From positions 95,728,001 to 95,792,000 of the forward strand of contig OX597817.1 in NCBI GenBank assembly GCA_951406725.2: 64,000 nucleotides of DNA. Reading direction: 5' to 3'. This DNA is from Octopus vulgaris. Its lineage: Eukaryota. This document shows positions 1 to 11,932 of the stretch, piece by piece (positions within the stretch are counted from its first letter, which is position 1; the number at the start of each line of letters is the position of its first letter). The notes beneath the pieces are model-generated. The model searched no databases. It was not told the DNA's origin and saw nothing but the letters and a program-made list of their open reading frames with translations. The position numbers were made by a program, and so were the translations under genes.

Positions 1-119
1 ATAGGTCTAAGTTTTAGGTCTTTTGGATGTAATAATTTTATGTACTCACTTTCTTGTTCTTTTACTGCCTGTTGAATGTTTTTTGATTTGTGTATTTTTG
101 GTAAGCCGTAGAAGTTGCT
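1..119 (-). pseudogene. Penelope-like RT N-terminal segment, inverted relative to the downstream ORF (continues off the window)
   Basis: Minus strand translates to SNFYGLPKIHKSKNIQQAVKEQESEYIKLLHPKDLKLRPI, containing the YGLPKIHK...LRPI motif of PLE reverse transcriptases. Confidence 0.85.
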
Positions 120-136
120 GGGTTTTGGTTGCTGGA

Positions 137-1216
137 TTTAGAAAGTATATTGAAAAGGCATGGAAGAGATACCTAGACGACTGTTTCATAATCTGGACAG
201 AATCTCTAAATACTCTGGAAGAGTTCAATATCCTCCTGAACAACCTACACCCATCTCTCAAATTTACAAAGGAGATGAGTAGTACCAAATTACCATTCCT
301 GGATATAATGGTAATTAAAAAAGACACCACCATCACCACAGATATATACTATAAACACACAGACACACATCAATACCTAAATTTTAAGTCGTGCCATCCA
401 CCACATACAAAACGTAACATCCCATACTGCCTAGCCAGAAGAATTTGTACTATTGTAGAAGATGCAAATATCAGGAACAAACGCCTAATAGAACTAAGAG
501 AATTTTTGCTCAAACAAAAATACCCATCTCTACTTATAGAAAATGGCATACAGCGGGCTATAAAAATACCTATACAACAACTTAGGACAACCCAAGGAAG
601 AGGAAAACAAGAACAAGTCATACCATTCATAGTGACACACAACCCATGTCACCAGAATATCTTCAACATTGCCAAAGCAAACCTACCAATCATTGCCCAA
701 AGTAATGAATTAAAAGACATAATCAAGGATCGAGCTATGGTGCTTAGTAAAAGACAGCCTAAAAACTTGAAAACATTACTAACAAAGGCAAAATTTGACC
801 TCAGCAACAAAGACCAAACATTCACGGTATCTAAATGCAATGATAGCCGATGTGGCACATGCCAATTCATACATACCGGTCAATATATAAACACAAAAAC
901 CGGGAAAATATTCACAAACGCGAATATGAACTGCAAAAGCAGAAATTTAATTTACTGCATCAAATGCCCAAATTGTGAAGAAATATATGTAGGTCAGACG
1001 GGAAACGCACTATTAGAACGCTCACGTGTACACCGGCAACAGATTAGAGACCCAGAGGTCCGTCAGATACCTTTGAGTAACCACCTAGCAACATGTGGTC
1101 GGAAAATATATATAATATTTCCATTCTACAAATTACACAGCCCAAGTGAAATCGAGAGGAAAATCAGAGAAAAGAATTTTATTGATAAATTCGAACCCAA
1201 GCTAAATAAGCAATAA
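137..1216 (+). CDS. Penelope-like element ORF, C-terminal half of RT plus GIY-YIG endonuclease (5'-truncated)
   Basis: Open frame with RYLDDCF, LPFLDI, YLNFKSCHP, Cys-rich linker CNDSRCGTC and LIYCIKCPNCEEIYVGQT...PKLN; the first ~38 aa of the track ORF are the inverted segment read antisense. Confidence 0.92.
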   Translation, partial: FRKYIEKAWKRYLDDCFIIWTESLNTLEEFNILLNNLHPSLKFTKEMSSTKLPFLDIMVIKKDTTITTDIYYKHTDTHQYLNFKSCHPPHTKRNIPYCLARRICTIVEDANIRNKRLIELREFLLKQKYPSLLIENGIQRAIKIPIQQLRTTQGRGKQEQVIPFIVTHNPCHQNIFNIAKANLPIIAQSNELKDIIKDRAMVLSKRQPKNLKTLLTKAKFDLSNKDQTFTVSKCNDSRCGTCQFIHTGQYINTKTGKIFTNANMNCKSRNLIYCIKCPNCEEIYVGQTGNALLERSRVHRQQIRDPEVRQIPLSNHLATCGRKIYIIFPFYKLHSPSEIERKIREKNFIDKFEPKLNKQ

Positions 1217-1900
1217 TAATAATACTTAGAGGTATTACTTCCACTGCTACGACCATGACCACTAACAACAACAACAATACTAAAGGTGATCAAGACGAAG
1301 ATAGCAGGAAAATTATCTTATTTAGGGTTAAAAGTTCTATTGCCACCACCATCACCACTAGCAACAATAATTAAGGTGCTGACAATGATGATGATGACAA
1401 TTGAAATATAAAAATATAAAAATCTCTGACAAAGGATATTTACAACATTTCTAAAAATAACCCAACAATTGCTGCTTCGGCCAGGGTCAAGATACAGGAC
1501 TCTTGACCTGTCCAACAAAGCGTGATGCCTAAACCAATCAGCTCAACCAACCAATCAGCTTAAGTAATTGAGTGATACTACACACTGATTGGTCAGAATA
1601 CAGTTTGCAAAACCTAGCACTCTGGAGCCTACCCAGCTGTATTTATAGCACAGAATCACTCATCTTGCTACAGTCAAAAATTGTGAAGCATGACTGTCAA
1701 CACTACTACATGAACCCGAAGATTGCAGAATTCAATGCATGAAAGTACTAGTTCAATCAGAATGAATATTTAACATTCTACTATTTCATTTTATTTTATT
1801 CAATTATAATATATTATCTTATAATATATCATTATAAGATTGTAAATAAAACGTGAAAATCAGACAAGGTTGGAATTCTTTTTATTAATATATTCTTCTA
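1217..1900 (+). mobile_element. Penelope-like element 3' region / pseudo-LTR
   Basis: Non-coding sequence following the PLE ORF, contains a hammerhead motif and an AATAAA, and ends at a (CA)/(TA) microsatellite. Confidence 0.65.
1711..1755 (+). ncRNA. Minimal type I hammerhead ribozyme
   Basis: UGAAC-CCGAAGA-U-UGCA-gaauucaa-UGCA-U-GAAA-GUAC-UA-GUUCA: stem I UGAAC/GUUCA, stem II UGCA/UGCA, palindromic AGUACU stem III; U4C core variant. Confidence 0.75.
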
Positions 1901-1956
1901 TACACAATCACACACACCCATATATATATATATCTATATATATATGTATATATATA

Positions 1957-2170
1957 TCTTTTACTCTCTTTTACTTGTTTCAGTCATTTGACTGTGGCCA
2001 TGCCGGAGCACCGACTTTAGTCGAGTAAATCGACCCCAGGACTTATTCTTTATAAGCCTATTCTATCGGTCCCTGTTTCCGAACCGCTAAGTTACAGGAA
2101 CGTAAACACACCATCATCGTTTGTCAAGCGATGTTGGGGTGACAAACACAGACACACAAACATATGCACA

Positions 2171-2237
<67 letters not shown>

Positions 2238-2431
2238 GCACACACACACATATATATATATACATATATACGACGGGCATCATTCAGTTTCCGTCTACCA
2301 AATCCAACCACAAGGCTTTTGGTCGACCCGAGGCTATAGTAGAAGACACTTGACCAAGGTGCCACGCAGTGGGACTGAACACGGAACCATGTGGTTCGTA
2401 AGCAAGCTACTTACCACACACCCACTCCTAC
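1957..2431 (-). mobile_element. tRNA-derived SINE family 1 (CORE-like) with internal (TA)n/(TG)n tract
   Basis: Minus strand has A/B-box-like head (GTGTGGTAAG...GTTCAGTCCC) and GGCACCTTGGTCAAGTGTC core; near-identical to copies at 18.6 kb and 53.4 kb. Confidence 0.85.
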
Positions 2432-2483
2432 ACATATGAATATGTTCATATATATATATATAACATGTATGTGTAGATGTACA

Positions 2484-2516
<33 letters not shown>

Positions 2517-3145
2517 CGTATTGATACAATGGAAGCAATGGTCCCATGCATAACCATTTTGATATAACATATAAAAGTGAGTGCAAATTTAACGGCGTAG
2601 CCACTTATAGTTTTAAAGTGATTTGTCATTGCAGGTAGGCTAATCCCCCTTTCATCTGTGTTATGTTTAAAGATGAAAAGGATTAAGGTCGAATTCTCCT
2701 TAAAATTCGTCAATCTGTGTATGTATGTATGTATGTATGTATGTACGTGAAAATACACACACACACACACACACGCACAAACACATATATTTACATACAT
2801 ATATGTATGCACACGCACATACATGTACGTGCCGTGAATGTGTCTATGATACTTGTAAACATTCCACAGAATTGTAGAACAAGATGAATCAATAGAAATA
2901 TGACAAAGATACATTGTAGCTGAAAATCGCTTTTGTTTGCACAGAATTGTCAAAGTATTACCATGTCAATGCCGAAATCTAAATTAGCATACAATATACT
3001 TCTTGAACAATTTAGTCGTTTATAATCCGCCTCTTACAATCTTACATGTCATGATGTTTTCTACGTCGCACTCTCTTTCTCTACTTCTTTGATTGCCTGT
3101 TTGTTTGCTTCTTTCTTTCCTTCTTTCTTTTATTCTTTCTTTCGT

Positions 3146-3180
<35 letters not shown>

Positions 3181-3652
3181 CTCTCTCTCTCTCTCTCCCT
3201 CTCTATTTATCTCACTCGTTGTAATTAGGGCTACATTCTATCATATTATATTACATTATACTATATTATCTCACTCTCTTTCCCATCTCTCATTCTCGTT
3301 TCCCTTTATTGAATGACTATATTTCAGTTATTTCTGTCAATGTAGTTTTATTTTATTTTAAAATGGTTTACTTTCACTATATAAATCATGTTCAATTTTA
3401 AATGCTACTCTTCATGTTTGTAATTGCATGTAAAGCATGCATGTTTAAATTGTCTGTTTGGGCTATTCACTGCTTTATACAAATTGCTGGTTTAATGTAA
3501 ATTTCTCAATCTGGAAGTTGGCTACAGTTTCCCTTAGTTTCCCTTTCGCCATCTTTGTACATAGACGAGCTACTACATTGGTATATACATACATACATAC
3601 ATACATACATACATACATACATACATACATACATACATACATACATACACAC

Positions 3653-5068
3653 ATCTCCTATATCTGACGAGGAATGTTACAGGTATCTAGGGGTGGATGA
3701 AAACATATCTTACAATGGCATTTGTAACAAAACCTGCATCACTAAAGAGTATTATAGCCGAATAAAAAAAAAAATGGACCTCAGAACTTTCTGCAGTGAA
3801 TAAAACAGTGGCCCACAATGCGTTTGCTATGCCAGTACTCATACCGACATTTGGGCTGCTTGATTGGGCGCTTGATGAAATCTGAGCCATTGGTATGGAA
3901 ACTCGAAAGATTTTAACAAGCACACAGAATTTCTACATAAACAGTGATGTAGACTGCCTCTACATAAAACGAAAACAAGGCGGCAGGGGCTTGACATCGA
4001 TCCAAAATGCCTTTGAATGTCGTATCATATCCTTTCGGCAACATCTTTTAACCAGCAAGTGTCGAAGTGCATCCCTTGACCAACTTTGTAAACATGAAGT
4101 TGATAACATCATCAGACTTGGAAGGCAGCAACTTGAGCCACATTCTTTGACTGATAACCTAGAATAGTGCTCAAAGAAGTTACACGACTCTACCGCAACG
4201 TATCATCACATGAAAGGATGAGTCTATATGAGCAGAAGACTATGCAGCCCAAATGTCGGTATGAGTTAGTAGAAAGCACCGTGATGATAGTACCATCGAT
4301 CATCAAAGCAGTTTATCATGGACCAATAGCCGGATTACTACGTCCCACTTTGAAAGGTATGCGTTTGCAATCCAGGGACAGGAAGTATCAACGAAGTACC
4401 TGATGCACAAAAAGGACAGAGATGTAAGGAAAAGCAATAAAATGTGGCAACCAATGCAAACTTTGTGGAGTTAACACCGAAGATATCATCCACTTTATAT
4501 GCAGTAGTCCAAAAATATCACCACGGTGAGACATGATGTTATAACTAGGACAGACAACTCCGAGGACAAAGAAATGTGAGCCCACAGTACGGTACAAGCC
4601 ATAGCCACTCATAATAAAATGGAATACTGCTGGAATGTTTCAGTGAAAACCTCAATAAAATGTGAGCACAACAGACCTGATATAATGATTTAGGACAGAG
4701 AAGAGAAACTGTTGTGGAAATTAGCTGCTCAGCGGATGTTAACAAAGCTGAAGATCAGTGAAAAAGGGAATTCCTACGCTGAACTATTACTCTAACCAGA
4801 TTACAAGTTCAGGTTTATACCTGTAATTATTGGGGCCTTGGGATATGTAACACACTGCCTAAATACCTATCTTGAGAAATTGGGCTTCTCAAAACAAGAA
4901 AAGAGAAAGCTAATTCGAAGGCTACAAATCTAAACCATCACTGGAACTGTAAAAATCTGTAAAACTTTCCAGAAGTTTATCATTTAAATATATATGTGCT
5001 TATCTAGATATGAAACTATATGCATGAGAATACATACAAAAAAGCAAAACATACAAATCTGCGCATAT
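3653..5068 (+). mobile_element. 5'-truncated R4/Dong-like RLE LINE (RT C-terminus, CCHC, RLE), decayed
   Basis: YRYLGVDE, DCLYIKRKQGGRGL, CKLCGVNTEDIIH, HNRPD and FIPVIIGALG motifs with stops and frameshifts; flanked by (TACA)n and (TAGA)n. Confidence 0.85.
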
Positions 5069-5070
5069 AC

Positions 5071-5113
<43 letters not shown>

Positions 5114-5172
5114 CAAAAATACATACATACATACATACATACATACATACATACATACATACATACATACAT

Positions 5173-5785
5173 AACAGTCACTTTGAAGCATATGCGTTTG
5201 CAATCCAGGAACAGGGAATAGCAACCAAATACCTGTTGCACAAAAGGGACAAAAATGCGGGAAAAACACCAAAATGGATAACCGATGACTTTGTGGAATT
5301 AACAATGAAGATGTCACCCATATAACAAGTAGTTGTCAAAAAATGTCATTACATTATTTTCTACTGATGAAACATGATGTTGTTGCCAAGATACTGTATA
5401 ATATGATCCAGCGAAAGGATAATCCTGAGGCCCAAAAGTTACGAACCTACAGTATGCTAAAGGTCATAGCCACTCATAATCTGAACGAGTACAGGTGGAA
5501 TGTCCCATTGAAAACCTCAATAAAGTGTCAACAAAATAAACCAGACATAGTGAGTTGAGACAAGAAATAAAAATAATGTACAGTAGTGAATCTCAGTATC
5601 TCAGCGGATGTTAACATAAAGCTAAAGATGAGCGAAAAAGAAAACATCTACGCTGAACTATTGGGGAACGTACCTGGATTACAGGTTCAGGTTTATACTT
5701 GTAATTATTGGGGCACTGGAATATGTAACACACTGCCTAAGTACCAATCTTGAGAAATTAAGTTACTTAAAACCAAAACCTGTAT
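5173..5785 (+). mobile_element. R4/Dong-like LINE fragment (second copy, related to 3653-5068)
   Basis: AYAFAIQEQ, KHDVVAK, NKPDIV and VIIGALEYV motifs; begins right after a (TACA)n tract. Confidence 0.8.
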
Positions 5786-5789
5786 CAAT

Positions 5790-8730
5790 TCTATAAAAAA
5801 AGCTAGGAAATATCCCTCGACAAGAATAATAGCCTCTCCTGCCCCTGTAATAAATACATCACATCTCCCCTTAAAGTCTATCGAAGAGCAGGATATAGTC
5901 ACTAAATACCTCATCAACAAAAGTGATACAGAGGCCTATAAACCCTAATACTGTGATGCAATATGTCGGTTATGCCATGCCAGAGTGAAAGGACTCACTC
6001 ATTTCATCAGTAGCTACCCCAAAATAACTATAAAATACTCCTTCCCATGAGACACGACATCATTACCAAAATTAATTAGAATGCCATACACAAGCAAGAA
6101 AGATTGTCCTGACGGCTATGCCGAAGGTACACGAGTACCAGAACCAATGAATATCTACGACTTTAAACATAAAGAGTACTGGTGGAAGATACCAATAAAA
6201 AGAGCGACTTGATTTAAGCACAACAGGTCAGATGTGTTTGCATTGGACAGGGAGCAAAAGTCACGTATTGTTCTAGAGATCAGCTTCCAAGTAAATGTGA
6301 ATATCTCTCCAAAAATCATGGGAGAAGAGAACATCTATAGAGAATTGATAAGAAATTTACAGCTCTTATAGCCAGGCTACAGACTTTCATTTGTTCCAAT
6401 TACACTGGTTTACAGAGAGATTGAGGCAAGCATATAAATAGTCGTTGTAACCTAATTTTGGGGTGCATATTTCAGATACAAAACCAGTTTTCACTCATCA
6501 CCTATAGTTTTTGAGATATACATTATTATCATTTTGCGACAATTTTTATTTTGTTTTCCAGATTTTAGTGATACATATTATACATATCTCTACAATGGCT
6601 TCAAGCACTTCAAAACACCGAGGATGCATCAGCAAGGCAAATTCATTTTTCTGAATGTGTGGAGGGATTTCACGACAGTTGCATAACGCCAAGCAATTAC
6701 TTCCCGCTTGAGAACTGCTTTCATTATTTTGACTGTAAAATTGGACAAATCCTGGGTCCCACACATCTGTTGCAAACCCTGCTACAGTGGACTAACTGTA
6801 TGGTTTAACGGCAAGAAAGCAGCCTCCAGCTTTGCTGTCTCGATGGTCTGGAGAGAGTCATGAAGCCACGTAAATGATTGTTATTTTTATCTAACAAATA
6901 TAACAGATTTCAATGTTTCTTCTAGAAAAAAGATCAAACATCCCAACCTTCCCTCAGCTATGAGACCTGTTCCCCACTCAGATGATCTCCCTGTCCCTAC
7001 AACCCCGGCAAATAAGGATCTTCTTTCTTCATCAGATAAAGAAATGCCTTCAGGGGAAGATTCTACCAAGTCGATCGCTTCTGAAGACAACGTCTCTATT
7101 TATTCAGGAGTAAGTAGCAATGAGCCCCACTGGATCACGCAGGAAGACCTGAATGACTTTGCCCGTGTTTTGTATCTATCTAAGCAGCAGTCAGAGCTCC
7201 TGACATCCCGGCTTAAGCAGTGGAACCTGGTCAAAGCAGATGTAAGGATCGTCAGTTTCAGGACACGGAACCAGGACCTTACTTCATTCTTCGAAATGGA
7301 AAACAGGTTGTGCTACTGCACAAATGTCTCTGGCTTGTTCACCTTTCTTGGTTTCCCACACAATCCCTCAGACTGGCGTCTTTTCATAGACTCTTCCAAG
7401 CGAAGTCTGAAGGCTGTGTTCCTGCACAATGGGAATAAATACCCCAGCAGTCCTATTGCCTACTCCATCTGAAGAAGTACGACAATATAGAGCACCTTTT
7501 GTAAGCTGTCAAGTACAAGTACCAGTAGAGTCTCTGCAGGGACCTCAAGATCATAGAGCCCCTTATGGATATGCAAGCGGGCTTCACAAAGTACTGTTGT
7601 TTTCTCTGTTTCTGGGAACAGTCGTGCTGTGTCCAAGCATTACAAGCAGAAGGGCAAGGGATCTAGGAACACTTTGGTGACTGGTGAACACAGTGTTCGA
7701 GAAAATTCTCTGGTAGATATGAAGAAGGTGCTTCTTTCTTCTCTTCATATCAAGTTTGGTTTAATGAAGAATTTTTTGAAGGCCTGGACAAAAATGGCGC
7801 TGCCTTCCAACACTTGCGCTCTGAGTTCTGCTTGGCTCAAGGAGAGCATCTTCACCGGATCTCAGATTCGAGAGTTGCTGAAGGACAAGGACTTTGAGGA
7901 GCTTCTTACCATAAAGGAAATGAGATCATGGGAAACATTTAAGTGTGTCTGCCATGGCTTCCTTGATAACACATGGGTACTAGATTACCAAGAGTGTATC
8001 GAGAAATCGTTGCAGTCTTATGAGGATACGGGATGCCGAATGTCACTCAAAATTCACTTTTTCCACTCCCACCTCAACTTCTTCCCTCCGAACTCAGAGC
8101 AGTGAGTGATGAGCATTGAGGAAGGTCCCACAAAGATATTACTTAGATGGACAACAACTACCAAGGCAAATGGAACCACAGTATAAGTGGGGTACTTTTG
8201 CTGCATGCTCTTGCGTGACATCTTCACAAGATCGTCCAAAAAAACTCACTTCTAACTGTCTGCTGTACTATGATTTGTGTGTATTGTATTATCCCAGTAA
8301 TTTAGTTCCATGAATGTTCTGTGTCTATGCTGTTTTTTCTGTAACATGCTTTTGTAACGAATGAAATAAACACATTTTATTCCGAATTTACATGCAGTAT
8401 AATTAAAACGGCATATGGTGAAAGCAAACAAACTAGAGGTGATAGAGCAAACCTGTTCAGAAAATCGAATTCACCACATGAAAATTAGTAAACAATTCCC
8501 TATTCATATCCTTGCTTCAAAGTAGAAAAAAATTCATGTAAGTAAACCAGTGTTGTTATCGATGCACTGGGCTACATAACGACAGATCTGCGAAGAGATC
8601 TAGAAATGCTTGAGTTTCGCTCCCACCCAAGAGAGTAAACTGATTTGCATTCTTCAGATACAATCGAACAGAAGAACTGTAAAACTTTGTAAAATACATC
8701 AGGGATTTTCCATTTGAGGAACCTGAGTAA
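5790..8730 (+). mobile_element. R4/Dong-like LINE RLE fragment split by a Chapaev3 insertion (parts 5790-6402 and 8553-8730)
   Basis: CRLCHARVKGLTHFISSYP and KHNRSDV motifs; removing the insertion restores FVP-IVIDALGYIT. Confidence 0.75.
6403..8552 (+). mobile_element. Chapaev3-like DNA transposon with decayed transposase
   Basis: Terminal inverted repeats CACTGGTTTAC (6403-6413) / GTAAACCAGTG (8542-8552); flanks TTA/TTG; motifs WVPHICCKPC, SAMRPVPH, LNDFARVLYLSKQQSELLTSRL, WRLFIDSS, LHIKFGLMKNF, MSLKIHFFHSH. Confidence 0.85.
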
Positions 8731-9885
8731 ACAGACACACACACCTACATATACATGTACACACATTAAAAGTGATGAAACATACAGACTTGTGTTCTTT
8801 TTTGACGCACTCACACACATATCCTAGGCGCAAACAACAAACTAGAGTATATCTTTCATGTTATGTTTTTAATAAATATCTTTACAAGCTTAACTTAAGA
8901 GCATTTACTACATCTATCATACTTTTCATAAATAGTGAGCAACATTTCTTCTTCGGAGAATGCAATATTCTTCGGTGTGGGGGTAGAATAAGGGATGCCC
9001 TACTTGACGACTAATATGCTATAAAAACGTTGTTCTTATGCTATTTAACTATGGGATGTTATCCAGAATAAGACGTTTTCCCGTTTTCTCTTATGCTTAC
9101 GAATGTGCAGGAAAATTTACGCTCATGAGGGCAAGAAAATGTAATATCCTTTTTACATTTTATGCAGGTACCCGGGTGTAGAAAATTCTTTTGTATGATC
9201 CTTTTTATTTTTCGGTCAGACATAGCCTGCACCTCCGTCTGTTGTACAGCTTACACTTTTCAGTATCCTTCACTTGATGCGTTAATGCGCAGAGTTTTCC
9301 TTCTATGTCCATATATGCCCCACTCGAGATGAGACATTTCACCTCTTACTATTAAACGAGGACTTGCGGTTGTTAATCCTGATGCTGAGGACACCCTCTA
9401 TCGCACCTACATGCATTTCATTTCAGCACGTCCGTCGCTCCAGTGGAATCCTTTGAAGCTACTCCTGCCTTATGCATGAGTTTCAGCTTGCAATGGCCGT
9501 TAAGTGGACATGTGATGTTCTGCATGAGCGGTCTACCTCTATTTCAGCTTTGGGCCTACTAAAAGAGACTCTCAGGCAGCGTTCATTAAATGTTTTTCTG
9601 TATCTACGTGTTTGGGTAAAGTGTTTAACGATTAAGTGAAGGAATATTTTTTACAACCGCCTTAAGTCCCAACAAACCGGATATGGCTCTTCCAAACTTC
9701 CAGTGGCAAAGAGCTAACGGTTTTTTCGAGGTAGGAAGCAGGACAGCATTGATCTTGTCCTGAAACAAGAGTTCAGATCCAGAGGAAGCCACCACATGAA
9801 CCCTACAAAGCAGGATTTGTGGGTAAAGTTATAAATATGATTAGGAGTATCAGATTCAAACTTTACCTACAATAGAATAATTAAC

Positions 9886-9940
9886 AGGCGTGGCTGTATG
9901 GTAAGAAGTTTGTTTCCCAACCACATGGTTCTAGGTTCAG
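9886..9940 (+). mobile_element. SINE family 1 head fragment
   Basis: AGGCGTGGCTGTATGGTAAGAAGTTTG...CAACCACATGGTTCTAGGTTCAGT matches the heads of the full copies. Confidence 0.65.
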
Positions 9941-10148
9941 TATGCATAATATGTTTTCTTTGTTGATAGTGTTCGATCGAAGTAGACTAATTGCAAATTT
10001 ATTACTCAATACAAGTGTAAAAGCTATCTAGTTTATTCAAGATATTATCCGATGATCGTTTTTACATATGTCTCTGTGTGCTTGTGTGTGTGTGTTTGTG
10101 TACGTGTGTGTGCGTGTGAGTGTGTGATTGTTTGTATATATGTATATA

Positions 10149-10310
10149 CTAGGTTGGCCAAAAAGTTCGCTTGTTTTTTTCTAGGGAAATATAGAACTTA
10201 TTACATATGAAACGACTTATTCAATCAATTATATAATTGCCGTTTAGTTTCAATACCTTCAGCCATCTTACTGACTAATCCATTCTTCTCTCCCTAAAGA
10301 ATCTCCTCTC
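10149..10310 (-). mobile_element. Mariner transposon 3' end fragment
   Basis: Minus strand encodes RWLKVLKLNGNYIID*, a mariner C-terminus, followed by a TIR-like end next to TA. Confidence 0.55.
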
Positions 10311-10946
10311 TTTAGGGTGATTTCAAGCACACAAACTACAACCTGTCTAGTCACAAGTTTGTATCGAACTACATTAGTGTATCAGGTATCTCACGAGTAG
10401 GTATGTGAAAAAGACAAAAGCGAAAGCTATCAAGTATCTAATGAGTACGGTGCGCAAAGGAATGAGTATAATTTTTAAACTGCGCCCGGTAGTGGGGCTC
10501 TGGTACGGGAGTTCCAGGGTTTTGAGGAGTGGGGAACCATCTCTTAGCCACTATTCCAAGTCTTCTCTAACCTGGAGTAGTTGCACCCATTTGGGCTCCA
10601 ACTATGGATTAACTAGCATGAGAATGAAGGACCTTTTAGTTCCCGTTCGAACTTCCTTTTAGAAGAAGGTAAAACTCGTAAAAAAAAAAAACCTGAAGTG
10701 CAGTTAGTTTCTGTTCATCTTAACCTTTGTTGTGCCAGTGGCGTTATAAATGATTGCGTTGAAAAGTGAGTTCAGTAGAGTACAGTACTGTCTGCACTGA
10801 AAACAAATTCACGCACAAGGATTTCTTAAACTCTTGTAAAATTTGCATGAACTTACTCAGTTTAGGAGGTGTTTACTTGGTCACGAATTGACTTCTGTAA
10901 CATATATAAATGCATACATACATACATACATACATACATACATACA

Positions 10947-10978
<32 letters not shown>

Positions 10979-11010
10979 AACATACATACACACACATCTC
11001 TCTCTCTCTC

Positions 11011-11066
<56 letters not shown>

Positions 11067-11687
11067 CTAGACTACCCGTGAACCGTTGGGTCAACGGGAA
11101 ACTCTAAGTTTGCCTGCAACGGAGTTTTGTTTTGTGCGTTTCGTTTTTACTTTTCCAGGTTATTTCGCATACTTTCAACGAATGACATCGAAATCATGCG
11201 TAAAAGGAAGGATTTGGCTGTTATTCCATGCACGCCCTGCTACCAGGTAACAAGTATTTCAGGTCCTTTGTCACAAATAGCTGTTGCGTAGCAGCAGGGC
11301 GTGCTAGAAATAGCACCCAAATCTTTGCAGCTGAGACACATTGAATGTACTCGAAAAACCTCTGGATGAAAACTATTTCACATCGAGGTTACGAACAGGT
11401 CCTTTACGAAATAGATACCGTTTTTAGAAGTAATTTTCACTTAAAAATATTTTTTAAATATGCCAAAAAATTTTTTATAATGATATTCACTTGAAAATAA
11501 TAAAAAAAAACATTAAAATATTGTCTGTTTAAAGAAAGTGTGAGTATATGTGTATATATATATATATGAGTGAGTATATGTGCGTGTACAAGGGAAGTAT
11601 GTGATTGCATGTGAGATTATTATGTACCTTATTTATATATAAAATACTACAATTAGCCGTCATTTTTTATGGCACGGGGTCAACTAG
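11067..11687. mobile_element. Segment bounded by two outward-facing Helitron-like 3' termini
   Basis: Left, minus strand: CCCGT...ACGGG hairpin then TAGTCTAG|T. Right, plus strand: CCGT...ACGG hairpin then CTAG|T. Confidence 0.45.
11210..11324. repeat. Small inverted repeat / MITE-like hairpin
   Basis: GATTTGGCTGTTATTCCATGCACGCCCTGCT ... AGCAGGGCGTGCTAGAAATAGCACCCAAATC; the TAGAAATAGCAG motif recurs near 14200 and 52347. Confidence 0.55.
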
Positions 11688-11932
11688 TTTATTGCAAAGA
11701 ACGAATTGTATTTTTCGTCAATTCACTGTGTCTACTCGAAAGATAAGAGTTTCTTCCCTTTCAGGATAAAGATTATTTTCGGAGAATTTTCCTATTATGC
11801 ACCGTTTTGGGCATTTATTCGGCGAAAATGCCTAACATCTTCACAAACATTTTGCGCCTGTTTGGCTGAGTAGCATTGCAAGCGAGCAAGATTCCATCTG
11901 AATTTTAATAGTATATATATATATATATATAT

